This document shows positions 47,385 through 56,514 of a stretch of DNA of 64,000 bases, one piece after another. Below the pieces are notes generated by a model. It worked only from the letters and a program-made list of their open reading frames with translations, did no database searches and was not told where the DNA came from. Origin of the DNA: an uncultured Gammaproteobacteria bacterium (GTDB taxonomy: Bacteria; Pseudomonadota; Gammaproteobacteria; PS1; Pseudothioglobaceae); NCBI GenBank assembly GCA_913020715.1, contig CAJVZH010000007.1:13021-77020 (forward strand), given 5' to 3'. The stretch's first letter is position 1; each line of letters begins with the position of its first letter. The translations under genes were made by a program, and so were the position numbers.

Positions 47385-49546
47385 TATTGTGTTGTGTTGC
47401 TTGTTTGCTCAACCGGCTTGATGGTGGATTTTTCAGCGGGCTTGCTAGCTTGTTTCTCAACGGGCTTAGAGGTGACATTTTCGACAGGCTTTGTAACCGC
47501 TTTCTCGACTGGCTTACTGGTCGTTTTTTGCGACACCTTTGAGGCTTGACTCTCAACTGGTTTAGTAACTGTTTTTTCTACTGGTCTACTAGATTGTTTC
47601 AAAACTGGTTTGTTGGCCTGAGTATCGATCGGCTTATTTTGTTGATCTTCAAGCGGTTTTTTGTTTTGATTTTGAGTAGGTTTGTTGTTTTGCCTTGTGG
47701 TTGTTTTTTGCTGAGAATTACGACTTCTATTTTGATTGTCAGATTTTCCTTGAGCATTCTCTTTGCTTTGGGTACTGCGACCTTGAGCTTGACCTTGATT
47801 GCGATTGCGATTTTGATTGCGATTGCGATTTTGATTGCGATTGCGATTTTGATTGCTCTTGCGATTCTGTTGTCTTCCTTGTGTCTTCTTTTCTTCAGTT
47901 TTTTCTTTCGAGCCAAATAATTTAGCAAAAAACGAAATCTTCTTCTCGGGTTTTTTGGTTGTCGGATGGTTCGTTGTAATGACTGCTTTAGCTGGCTTTT
48001 CCACTAAGCCTAAGTCGAGAGAATCTTGTGGCTTTGAAATGCCCTGATAGCTCTTGTGTTGCGATCTTGTTACACCTTTTTGCTTGGTAATGTTGAACGC
48101 AGGGAAGTGCAGATACTGATTTGGCAGTAGCGTAATTCTAACGCCGTGCTTCGCTTCCATATCCAATATAAATTGTCTTTTTTCGTTCAGTATGTAAGTG
48201 ATCACTTCGACGGTTGACTGTACAGTAAATCCACCTGTTTGTTTGCCGCTGTTGCAAGTGTCTTCAAGCTGTCTGATGATCGTCAACGCCAGTGTTGGTA
48301 TTGTTGGTGTATGGCCACTACCATTACATTGCGAACAAGTTCTACTAATAGACTCATTGACGGAGCTTTCTAAGCGCTGGCGTGAGAGTTCTAGTAATCC
48401 AAATCTTGAGATGTTGCCGATTTGAACACGTGCACGATCATTGGCTGTAGCTTTTTCCATTGCTTTTTCAATCGCCTGTCTGTGCTCTGCGCTGGACATA
48501 TCAATGAAATCAATCACAATCAAGCCACCAATATCACGAAGCTGAATTTGAGCAGCAATTTCAGCCGCTGCATGGAGGTTTGTTTTGTAGGCGGTGTCTT
48601 CAATATTAGCACCCTTGGTTGCCCTTGCTGAGTTAATATCGATTGCAGTTAACGCCTCGGTGGGGTCAAAGACAATCGTTGCTCCCGACTTTAGAGAAAC
48701 TTCTCGAGTAAATACACTTTTAACTTGCGATTCAATACTCATGTGAGCAAACAATGTGTGCTCTGAAGAGTCGAATAGCTTAATTCGGTCAAGGTAGTGT
48801 GGCATGACAAAGCCAACAAACTCTCTAACGCTTTGATAGGTCTCTAGGTCATCAACAATAACGCTGTCTGTATCTTCTCTAAGATAGTCACGGATAGCCC
48901 TAATAGTGATATCGCTTTCTTGATAGATAAGGAAAGGATCGGACTGTTTCTTGGTGGCCGTTCTGATGGAGCGCCATAACTGAGTAAGGTGATTTACTTC
49001 CCATTGAAGTTCTTCCAGGCATTTGCCCGCACCTTCAGTTCTAATGATTAGTCCAGAGTGTTTGGCTAGCTGTATTTGAGGCATAATTTCTTTCAACGCC
49101 TGACGATCCGTGTTGCTAACCTGGCGAGAAATACCGGAGCTTTTTGGATTGTTTGGCGTCAAAATCATATAAGCACCAGCAAGGTTGATGTACGTACTTA
49201 AAGCCGCACCTTTGTTGCCGCGCTCTTCTTTTTCGACTTGAACAATAATCTCTTGACCTTCTTTAAGAACGTCGCTGATAGTGAGTTTATCGCCTTTTGG
49301 TGTGACACCGCTTGCGAAGAATTCTGAAACCTCTTTGAACGGCAAAAAGCCATGCTTTTCTTTGCCGTAATCTATAAACGCAGCCTCGAGAGATTGCTCT
49401 ACTCGAGAGATTTTTGCTTTATAGATATTACCTTTTGTTTTTTGATTGAGGCTGGTTTCAATGTTGAGATCAGTAAGCTTTTGATTTCTTACGATTGCAA
49501 CTCGGATCTCCTCTTTGTGTGTTGCATTGATGAGAATGTGATTCAT
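47384..49546 (-). CDS. rne: Ribonuclease E (short, repeat-rich C-terminal domain)
   Basis: KGNIYK, AAFIDYG, RGNKGAAL, AIDINSAR, IGGLIVIDFIDM and CSQCNGSG Zn-link; membrane helix ISFFAKLFG. Confidence 0.95.
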   Translation of the reverse strand: MNHILINATHKEEIRVAIVRNQKLTDLNIETSLNQKTKGNIYKAKISRVEQSLEAAFIDYGKEKHGFLPFKEVSEFFASGVTPKGDKLTISDVLKEGQEIIVQVEKEERGNKGAALSTYINLAGAYMILTPNNPKSSGISRQVSNTDRQALKEIMPQIQLAKHSGLIIRTEGAGKCLEELQWEVNHLTQLWRSIRTATKKQSDPFLIYQESDITIRAIRDYLREDTDSVIVDDLETYQSVREFVGFVMPHYLDRIKLFDSSEHTLFAHMSIESQVKSVFTREVSLKSGATIVFDPTEALTAIDINSARATKGANIEDTAYKTNLHAAAEIAAQIQLRDIGGLIVIDFIDMSSAEHRQAIEKAMEKATANDRARVQIGNISRFGLLELSRQRLESSVNESISRTCSQCNGSGHTPTIPTLALTIIRQLEDTCNSGKQTGGFTVQSTVEVITYILNEKRQFILDMEAKHGVRITLLPNQYLHFPAFNITKQKGVTRSQHKSYQGISKPQDSLDLGLVEKPAKAVITTNHPTTKKPEKKISFFAKLFGSKEKTEEKKTQGRQQNRKSNQNRNRNQNRNRNQNRNRNQGQAQGRSTQSKENAQGKSDNQNRSRNSQQKTTTRQNNKPTQNQNKKPLEDQQNKPIDTQANKPVLKQSSRPVEKTVTKPVESQASKVSQKTTSKPVEKAVTKPVENVTSKPVEKQASKPAEKSTIKPVEQTSNTTQ
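47396..47659 (-). repeat. Eleven imperfect octapeptide repeats (consensus KPVExxxx) at the RNase E C-terminus
   Basis: KPLEDQQN KPIDTQAN KPVLKQSS RPVEKTVT KPVESQAS KVSQKTTS KPVEKAVT KPVENVTS KPVEKQAS KPAEKSTI KPVEQTSN. Confidence 0.9.
47795..47856 (-). repeat. Perfect 18-bp tandem repeat x3 plus a partial copy, encoding (NRNRNQ)n in RNase E
   Basis: TTGATTGCGATTGCGATT at 47795, 47813 and 47831; partial copy at 47849. Confidence 0.95.
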
Positions 49547-49803
49547 GGTAAAGTCCTATAATATCAGGACTATCGAGCACGTACAAAGGCTCAATACGGG
49601 AGTATTGAATGGAAATAAAAGTGTGATTAATGTAAGTCATCAACTACTAAAAACTGTTCTGTATGTGGCGTCAAATAGCCCAAAAAATATACCCCTTGAT
49701 TGGTTTTGATTATTGTTATCAAGGTGTATCTAAAAAATTCTTGTGGGTCGAATTCAAATGTTCGACAGCTAAATTATACCATAATTCACAATAACAACTC
49801 ACT

Positions 49804-50523
49804 TTACTGATGTAAAGAGCGACCACCATCAATGTTGATTACTTCACCCGTGATGTAATTGGCGTTAGCAAGAAACAGTACGGCTTCAGCTATGTCTGCA
49901 GGTGACCCTTGTCTTTTAAGGGCGATGCGTTCGAGCATGATTTGTTTTTTATGGAGATCAAGTTCCGCTTTTTGTTCTGGCCAAAGTATAGAGCCTGGAG
50001 AAATACCACACACTCGTACGTCCGGTGCAAGCTCTTTGGCCAATGTTTTGGTGAGTGTTTTAATGGCTGTTTTTGAGATGTTGTAGATCGCGTAATTCTT
50101 TAATGGGCGCTCGGCATGAATGTCAACAATATTAATAATACATCCTTGGGTTCCTTTAAGTTTATTACTTAGTCCCTTAGAGAGTATAAAAGGCGCTCTG
50201 ACATTAATATTCATGATGTTGTCCCAGTCATTCGTAGTGCAGTTCTCAAGTGGTGTGGGGTAGAAAACTGAGGCATTGTTCACGAGCAAATCAATGTTTT
50301 CAACCGATTCTATAAGCTGATTTATTTCATTAATAGAGGCCAAGTTTGCATGAATTCTTTGCGCAGAGCTCTGACGTGTTTTGTTAAATTTTTCACAAAG
50401 AGTCTTTGCTTCTTGTTCGGATTCGTTGTAATGAATAATGACATTGAATTGGTTGTCGTGAAGTGTTTTTGCAATTTCGGCACCAATGCGTTGAGCGCCG
50501 CCAGTGATTAATGCTGTTTTCAT
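49804..50523 (-). CDS. folM: Pteridine reductase (FolM/PTR1-like SDR)
   Basis: LITGGAQRIG, IHYN, LVNNASVF, INIVDIH, YNISK and GISPGSILWP. Confidence 0.85.
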   Translation of the reverse strand: MKTALITGGAQRIGAEIAKTLHDNQFNVIIHYNESEQEAKTLCEKFNKTRQSSAQRIHANLASINEINQLIESVENIDLLVNNASVFYPTPLENCTTNDWDNIMNINVRAPFILSKGLSNKLKGTQGCIINIVDIHAERPLKNYAIYNISKTAIKTLTKTLAKELAPDVRVCGISPGSILWPEQKAELDLHKKQIMLERIALKRQGSPADIAEAVLFLANANYITGEVINIDGGRSLHQ

Positions 50524-50611
50524 TGTTTATGTAAATCCTTAAGGCACCACTGCATCAATTCTATTTTTTTTTCAATAAAACGGATTCTGGTGCGTATAAA
50601 ATATTTTTCTT

Positions 50612-51706
50612 ATGACACTTAAAGATATTATAGCGCAATCCATTCGTGATAATAATGGCACCATTGGTTTTGATGCTTTTATGGATTTGGCACTTTACAC
50701 TCCTGCGCTTGGCTATTATCGTCGGGGTGGGGTTATTTTTGGCGAGCAAGGAGATTTTATTACCGCGCCGGAAACCTCCGACTTGTTTGGCTATTGCTTA
50801 GCAAAACAGTGTGCGCCCGTTATTAACAGTGGCGGTAATATTCTTGAATTTGGTGCTGGTACAGGCATTCTTGCCGCACAAATACTTTTTGAGCTTGCTA
50901 GACTTGATTCGCTTCCTCAGAAATACTACATTCTTGAACTTAGTGGTCAGTTGCAACAAAAACAAAAAAAAACGATCTCACGAGTGTTGCCAGAGCTTGT
51001 TGGCCGTGTTCAGTGGATAAGTGAGCTGCCTAGTGATTTTTCCGGTGCGGTTATTGCTAATGAGGTGTTAGACGCGATGCCGGCCAAAAGAGTGCGTTAT
51101 CGTAAGGGCGTTTTTTTTGAGTTAGCTGTGGCGATTGAACAGGATTCGTTCCAATGGCGAGCCCAAGATAAGCCGTTTAACAGTCCTTTAACACCATTGC
51201 CAAGTGTTTGTACTGAAGGGTACACAACGGAGGTTAATCAACAAGCGCTGGCCTGGGTTGATTCACTTTACCAGACAATGAAGGACGGCCTTGTGTTGTT
51301 GATTGATTATGGAATGGCCCGCAGCGAGTACCATCACGAGCAGCGTAGTGAGGGCACGCTTAGGTGTTATTACCAACACAAGCCTAATGACGACCCATTC
51401 GAGAATATTGGTCAGCAAGATATTACTACTTCAGTCAACTTTTCTGATGTTGCGGAGCAAGCTTTAGAGAGTGGGTTCACAATTGCTGGTTATTGCACTC
51501 AAGCAATGTTCTTGATTTCACTAGGAATTGATCAGTACCTCTTAGATGAAAAAGATTTGGACAGGCGTAGCATTTTGGCTCAACAAGTTAAGCAGCTGGT
51601 TTTACCTAACGCAATGGGCGAAAGTTTTAAAGTGTTGGCGTTGACAAAAAAACAATCAGTAAAATTGGACGGGTTTAAAGAACAAAACTTAGTCAATAAG
51701 CTGTAA
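50612..51706 (+). CDS. SAM-dependent methyltransferase, MidA/NDUFAF7 family
   Basis: FMDLALY..LGYY, GDFITAPE, LEFGAGTG, ANEVLDAMP, IDYG and QDITTSVNF. Confidence 0.9.
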   Translation: MTLKDIIAQSIRDNNGTIGFDAFMDLALYTPALGYYRRGGVIFGEQGDFITAPETSDLFGYCLAKQCAPVINSGGNILEFGAGTGILAAQILFELARLDSLPQKYYILELSGQLQQKQKKTISRVLPELVGRVQWISELPSDFSGAVIANEVLDAMPAKRVRYRKGVFFELAVAIEQDSFQWRAQDKPFNSPLTPLPSVCTEGYTTEVNQQALAWVDSLYQTMKDGLVLLIDYGMARSEYHHEQRSEGTLRCYYQHKPNDDPFENIGQQDITTSVNFSDVAEQALESGFTIAGYCTQAMFLISLGIDQYLLDEKDLDRRSILAQQVKQLVLPNAMGESFKVLALTKKQSVKLDGFKEQNLVNKL

Positions 51707-51712
51707 TTATAA

Positions 51713-52507
51713 ATGGATATTTTTCAAACTACCGTTCTTGCTCTTATTCAGGGTCTTACTGAATTTTTGCCAATTTCATCTTCTGCGCACTTGCTTTTCC
51801 CGTCGAAGTTTTTCAATTGGCCAGATCAAGGGCTTGCATTTGATGTTGTCCTGCACTTGGGCACACTCAGTGCCATTGTTTATTATTACCGCTGCAGTTT
51901 GCGCTCAATGTCGAATGATTTTTGGCGCTCTTTTAAAATAAGACAATTAACCGCAGATGCTAAATTGGCCTGGGGCGTCCTACTTGGCACCATCCCTGTT
52001 GGCCTTGCAGGTTTGCTGTTTAAAGATTTTATTGAGCTAAACCTTAGATCAATTGAAGTGGTGGCATACGCAACCATTATCTTTGGCTTATTGCTGGGCT
52101 TTTCCGACTGGATTCACCGAAAAAAAGACAAATTTAGAGAAGTAATTAGTTGGTCGGATGTTGTTATTATTGGCGCCTTTCAAGTCATCGCCTTGGTGCC
52201 GGGCACCTCGAGATCCGGTATTACTATTACCGCGGCACTGCTGTTAGGTTTGTCGTATAAGCTGTCGTTGAAGTTCGCCTTTTTGCTTTCGATTCCCGTT
52301 ATTATTTTATCAACCCTGTTGATGACGCTAGATTTGGCTGCAAGCGCTAACACCATTGACTGGTTTAGTTTATTATTGGGTTTTGTGATTTCTGCCATTG
52401 CCGCTTACGCAACCATTTCGATGTTTATTCGTTTGGTCGATAGGATGGGGATGTTGCCATTTGTACTTTATAGATTATTATTAGGAGGTTTGTTATTTCT
52501 GCTTTAG
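51713..52507 (+). CDS. uppP: Undecaprenyl-diphosphate phosphatase
   Basis: QGLTEFLPISSSAH, HLGT, ALVPGTSRSG and FAFLLSIP. Confidence 0.97.
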   Translation: MDIFQTTVLALIQGLTEFLPISSSAHLLFPSKFFNWPDQGLAFDVVLHLGTLSAIVYYYRCSLRSMSNDFWRSFKIRQLTADAKLAWGVLLGTIPVGLAGLLFKDFIELNLRSIEVVAYATIIFGLLLGFSDWIHRKKDKFREVISWSDVVIIGAFQVIALVPGTSRSGITITAALLLGLSYKLSLKFAFLLSIPVIILSTLLMTLDLAASANTIDWFSLLLGFVISAIAAYATISMFIRLVDRMGMLPFVLYRLLLGGLLFLL

Positions 52508-55011
52508 ATCGACAAGAGATTTTTCGCCAGGACTATACGCCGAGTGCGTATCTTATTGAAAAAACCGAGCTCAGTTTTGATTTGGGACATGATGGTACGA
52601 CCGTCTCTTCGCGCATTGTTTTTTACCAAAACCCCGGTGCCAAAAATAAGACTACTGAGCTGTTTTTGGATGGCGTTTCACTGGAGCTTCTCTGTGTCAG
52701 TATTGATGGTGGTGCTGCAGATTACGAGCTGAAGGAGGACGGCCTTTTGTTGTCTAATCTGCCTGAACGCTTTGTTTTAGAAATTGACAATCGTATTCAC
52801 CCAGAGACCAACACCAGTCTTAACGGCCTTTATCAATCCAGTGGTAATTTCTGTACACAATGTGAAGCAGAGGGTTTTAGACAAATTACTTATTATTTAG
52901 ATAGGCCCGATGTGCTCAGCGTTTTTACTACGCGAATCACTGCCAATCGCAAGGAATATCCAGTACTCCTTAGTAACGGTAACCTGGTGGAGGAGTCCGA
53001 GGTGCACGCGTTATGGCACGATCCTGCGCCAAAGCCGTGTTATCTTTTTGCCCTAGTTGCAGGAAAGCTTGATTATTTGCAAGACTCCTATACAACCACG
53101 CAGGGGCGCGAGGTGGACTTAAGGATCTACGTTGAACCACACAATATGCACAAAACCAAATTCGCAATGGCCTCCTTGATCAATGCATTTAAGTGGGATG
53201 AGCGTCGCTTTGGTTTGTCCTATGATTTGAGTATATACATGATTGTTGCGGTTGATGATTTTAATATGGGGGCAATGGAAAACAAGGGCCTTAATATTTT
53301 CAATTCAGCTTGCGTATTGGCAAATGAAGAGACCACTACCGACAAGGACTTTATCAATATTGAATCCATCATTGGTCATGAGTATTTTCACAATTGGACG
53401 GGCAATCGAGTCACTTGTCGAGACTGGTTCCAACTCAGCTTGAAAGAAGGGTTGACGGTTTTTAGAGATCAAGAATTTACCTCCGATCTTCGTTCAAGAT
53501 CCATTCAAAGAATCGCCGATGTGGTTGCGCTCAAGACGTATCAATTTGCCGAAGATTCTGGCCCTATGGCGCATCCAGTGCGTCCCGAGTCCTATATTGA
53601 GATGAATAACTTCTACACTGCAACGGTTTATAACAAAGGCGCTGAAGTCATTCGCATGATTCACACCATTCTCGGTGAGGCTGGCTTTCAAAAAGGCATG
53701 AGCCTTTATTTCGAGCGACACGATGGCGATGCAGTTACTATTGATGATTTTGTTGCTAGTATGGCGGACGCTAATGAGTACGATTTTGACCACTTCTTGC
53801 AGTGGTATTCGCGTGCCGGCACGCCAGAAGTTGAAATAGTTGAAGAGTATGACGCACAGACGAAAATATATCGAGCGACTTTTATCCAAAACAATCAAGA
53901 GAGTGCGCTGTGTATTCCTAATGCTTTTGGTTTGTTGGACGATCAGGGTAATGAGTTGACATCCGATGTTGTTATGATTGATGAACTGCAGAAAACGCTA
54001 GAATTTAGTGACATCAACACCAAGCCTATTGCTTCATGGTTTAGAGGGTTCTCGGCACCTATCCGAGCCCATTCGAATGCCGCATTTGATGAGAAATTAT
54101 TCCTTTTTGTCAACGATTCTGACGCCTTTAATCGCTGGGATAATGCACAACAGTTATGGCTTGACTGTATTTTGTTGGCCGACCATGATAAGCAAGAAAA
54201 GCTCTTTAGCGCGCTTGCAGAACTGCTTGAAAGTGAAAGTGATTATGCTTTGCTTTCAGAAATGTTGAGCTTGCCAAGCGAAAACATATTGCATCAAAGC
54301 GTTCCTACAATTGATGTTGGTGAGCTGCATAGTAAGCGAGAAAACATCATTCAGGGGTTGCTCGGATTTTTAAAGCCGCTATTGCTTAGTACTTATCAAA
54401 AGCTAAACGACAGCGCTGCATTTCAACTTTCACCAGAATCCGTAGGCAAAAGGGCGTTAAAGAATTTATGTTTATCTTATCTTGTGCAAGGCGGGGAATT
54501 TGAGTTGGCTTTTGAGCAATTCAATCGCGCCAATTGCATGAGTGATAAACTCTGTGCATTTCAAGCACTCCTGTTGAGGGAGAATCCATATCGAGAAGAA
54601 GTAATCGAGAGTTTTTATTTTCAATATTGTGACGACGTGCAGGTAATGGATAAGTGGTTTGCCGTTCAAAGCCTGTCACCAATAACAACTGCTGTGCGAT
54701 TGAAGGCACTAATGAGGCATCCGCTTTTTGCGCTCACAAATCCCAATCGAGTGCGCTCAGTACTCAGTGCTTTTAGCCAAAACCATGTCCAGTTTCACAC
54801 CAATGAGGGTTACCAACTAATGGCCGACAGTGTTATTGAGTTGGACCGTATAAATCCGCAGATTGCTGCTAGATTGGTGAGTTCATTTAATCACTGGCGA
54901 CGCTATAGCCTGAATTATTCTAAGTTGCAGCGAAGCCAACTTGAGGGCATTTGTTCGTTGGAGGACTTGTCGAGCGATGTTTATGAAATTGTCAATAAAG
55001 CCTTGGCGTAG
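52495..55011 (+). CDS. pepN: Aminopeptidase N (probable non-canonical ATT start at 52495; first canonical in-frame start is TTG 52582)
   Basis: CTQCEAEGFR, GAMENKGLNIFN, HEYFHNWTGN, LKEGLT, NNFYTATVYNKG and NPNRVRS. The upstream in-frame segment reads EIFRQDYTPSAYLIEKTELSFDL, which is PepN-like. Confidence 0.93.
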   Translation: MSALDRQEIFRQDYTPSAYLIEKTELSFDLGHDGTTVSSRIVFYQNPGAKNKTTELFLDGVSLELLCVSIDGGAADYELKEDGLLLSNLPERFVLEIDNRIHPETNTSLNGLYQSSGNFCTQCEAEGFRQITYYLDRPDVLSVFTTRITANRKEYPVLLSNGNLVEESEVHALWHDPAPKPCYLFALVAGKLDYLQDSYTTTQGREVDLRIYVEPHNMHKTKFAMASLINAFKWDERRFGLSYDLSIYMIVAVDDFNMGAMENKGLNIFNSACVLANEETTTDKDFINIESIIGHEYFHNWTGNRVTCRDWFQLSLKEGLTVFRDQEFTSDLRSRSIQRIADVVALKTYQFAEDSGPMAHPVRPESYIEMNNFYTATVYNKGAEVIRMIHTILGEAGFQKGMSLYFERHDGDAVTIDDFVASMADANEYDFDHFLQWYSRAGTPEVEIVEEYDAQTKIYRATFIQNNQESALCIPNAFGLLDDQGNELTSDVVMIDELQKTLEFSDINTKPIASWFRGFSAPIRAHSNAAFDEKLFLFVNDSDAFNRWDNAQQLWLDCILLADHDKQEKLFSALAELLESESDYALLSEMLSLPSENILHQSVPTIDVGELHSKRENIIQGLLGFLKPLLLSTYQKLNDSAAFQLSPESVGKRALKNLCLSYLVQGGEFELAFEQFNRANCMSDKLCAFQALLLRENPYREEVIESFYFQYCDDVQVMDKWFAVQSLSPITTAVRLKALMRHPLFALTNPNRVRSVLSAFSQNHVQFHTNEGYQLMADSVIELDRINPQIAARLVSSFNHWRRYSLNYSKLQRSQLEGICSLEDLSSDVYEIVNKALA

Positions 55012-55016
55012 ACTGA

Positions 55017-55484
55017 ATGTCTGAGAGAGCCCATGCCTTGGCAAAATTGCTAATCGATGGCAACTTGACAATATCGGTTGCGGAATCGTGTACTGGCGGT
55101 GCTTTGGCAAGCGCTCTAACCAGTGTTTCAGGTGCATCCAGTTACTTTGATCGTGGCTATATTGCATACAGAAATGAGGCCAAAGTCGCCATGTTGAAGG
55201 TTGATTCTCAAATCATCAGTACCCAGGGCGCTGTCAGCGAGGACGTCGCAATTGCCATGGTTAAAGGGGTTGTTAGTCAATCAGGATCGGATGTTGCTGT
55301 GGCAATTACGGGTATTGCAGGCCCTACAGGCGGCACAATAGAAAAACCAATCGGCACTGTTTGTTTTGGTTTTTCCGTAAGGGGTAATTTGTCGACAAGT
55401 ACGCAATCTTTTCAAGGTGGTCGAGAGGAGATTGTTAATCAAAGCGTTGGCTTTGCCTTAAATCATCTTATTTCGTCGCTATGA
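55017..55484 (+). CDS. cinA: CinA/PncC-family (NMN deamidase) protein
   Basis: SVAESCTGG, GASSYF, GAVSEDVA, AITGIAGPTGG and GTVCF. Confidence 0.9.
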   Translation: MSERAHALAKLLIDGNLTISVAESCTGGALASALTSVSGASSYFDRGYIAYRNEAKVAMLKVDSQIISTQGAVSEDVAIAMVKGVVSQSGSDVAVAITGIAGPTGGTIEKPIGTVCFGFSVRGNLSTSTQSFQGGREEIVNQSVGFALNHLISSL

Positions 55485-56437
55485 TTCCTGCACACACAGT
55501 TTCGGTTGCGCCAATGATGGATTGGACAGATAGGCATTGTCGCTATTTTTATCGACTGCTGAGCACGAGGGTGCAGCTTTACACTGAAATGATTACCGCC
55601 AAAGCCATCCTTAATGGTGACAAACATCGTCTGCTTGACTATAACGCAGCCGAACATCCATTGGTGCTGCAACTGGGCGGTAGTGATGCGATTGAGATGT
55701 CGGAGTGTGCTGATATTGCACAAAAGTGGGGTTACGACGGCGTTAACATTAATGTGGGCTGTCCATCGGAGCGTGTTCTTTCGGGCAGTTTTGGTGCTTG
55801 TTTGATGAAAGAGCCGGTCTTGGTTGGTGCCTGTGTTGAAAAGATGATGGAGGAGTGTAATATTCCAGTGACGGTCAAGTGTCGAATTGGTGTTGATGAG
55901 ATGGAGAGTTATGCTCAGTTAAGTGATTTTATCAAGCGTATTGCCGACAGTGGTTGTCAGCAATTTATTGTTCACGCAAGAAAGGCGTGGTTGCAAGGCT
56001 TGAGTCCGAAGGAAAACCGCACAATTCCACCCCTAAATTATCCTTGGGTTTACCAGTTAAAACAAGATTTTCCAGCGCTCACTATTTGCATCAATGGCGG
56101 TGTTCAAAATGTCATGGAAGTTGAGCAACATTTGTCCCAAGTTGATGGTGTGATGTTGGGTAGGGTGGCCTATCAACAACCGTATTTATTGTCGGAAATT
56201 GACCATCAATTCTATAGCGAAAATAAATCAATAATAATTCGTGAGAATGTCTTAATTAAGTACATGAAATACATCCAAAATGAATGTGAAAAAGGCGTGC
56301 CGATAAGGTCGATGACAAGACATATTTTGGGCCTATATCACGGCGAAAAAAACGCCAAATTATTTCGTCGTTTACTTAGCGGAAAGACGGTTGAATTGAG
56401 CCACCTAGACGAATGGTTAAATATTGCTAAAAATTAG
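55481..56437 (+). CDS. dusA: tRNA-dihydrouridine synthase A
   Basis: VAPMMDWTDRHCR, QLGGS, NINVGCPSERV, VHARKAWLQGLSPKENR and GVMLGR. Confidence 0.95.
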   Translation: MIPAHTVSVAPMMDWTDRHCRYFYRLLSTRVQLYTEMITAKAILNGDKHRLLDYNAAEHPLVLQLGGSDAIEMSECADIAQKWGYDGVNINVGCPSERVLSGSFGACLMKEPVLVGACVEKMMEECNIPVTVKCRIGVDEMESYAQLSDFIKRIADSGCQQFIVHARKAWLQGLSPKENRTIPPLNYPWVYQLKQDFPALTICINGGVQNVMEVEQHLSQVDGVMLGRVAYQQPYLLSEIDHQFYSENKSIIIRENVLIKYMKYIQNECEKGVPIRSMTRHILGLYHGEKNAKLFRRLLSGKTVELSHLDEWLNIAKN

Positions 56438-56514
56438 TACAATAGGGTTCTATGAGATACAAGGACTAAGGTAAAATCCGTTAAAAACTCACTCATTCAT
56501 CTCAAAATTAAACC

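Noticed and set aside
47546-47928. ORFs with IAIAIL, IAIKIA and DCDCDF repeats (47546-47920 +, 47599-47928 -, 47695-47925 +)
   Set aside because: They are alternative-frame readouts of the 18-bp repeat inside rne.
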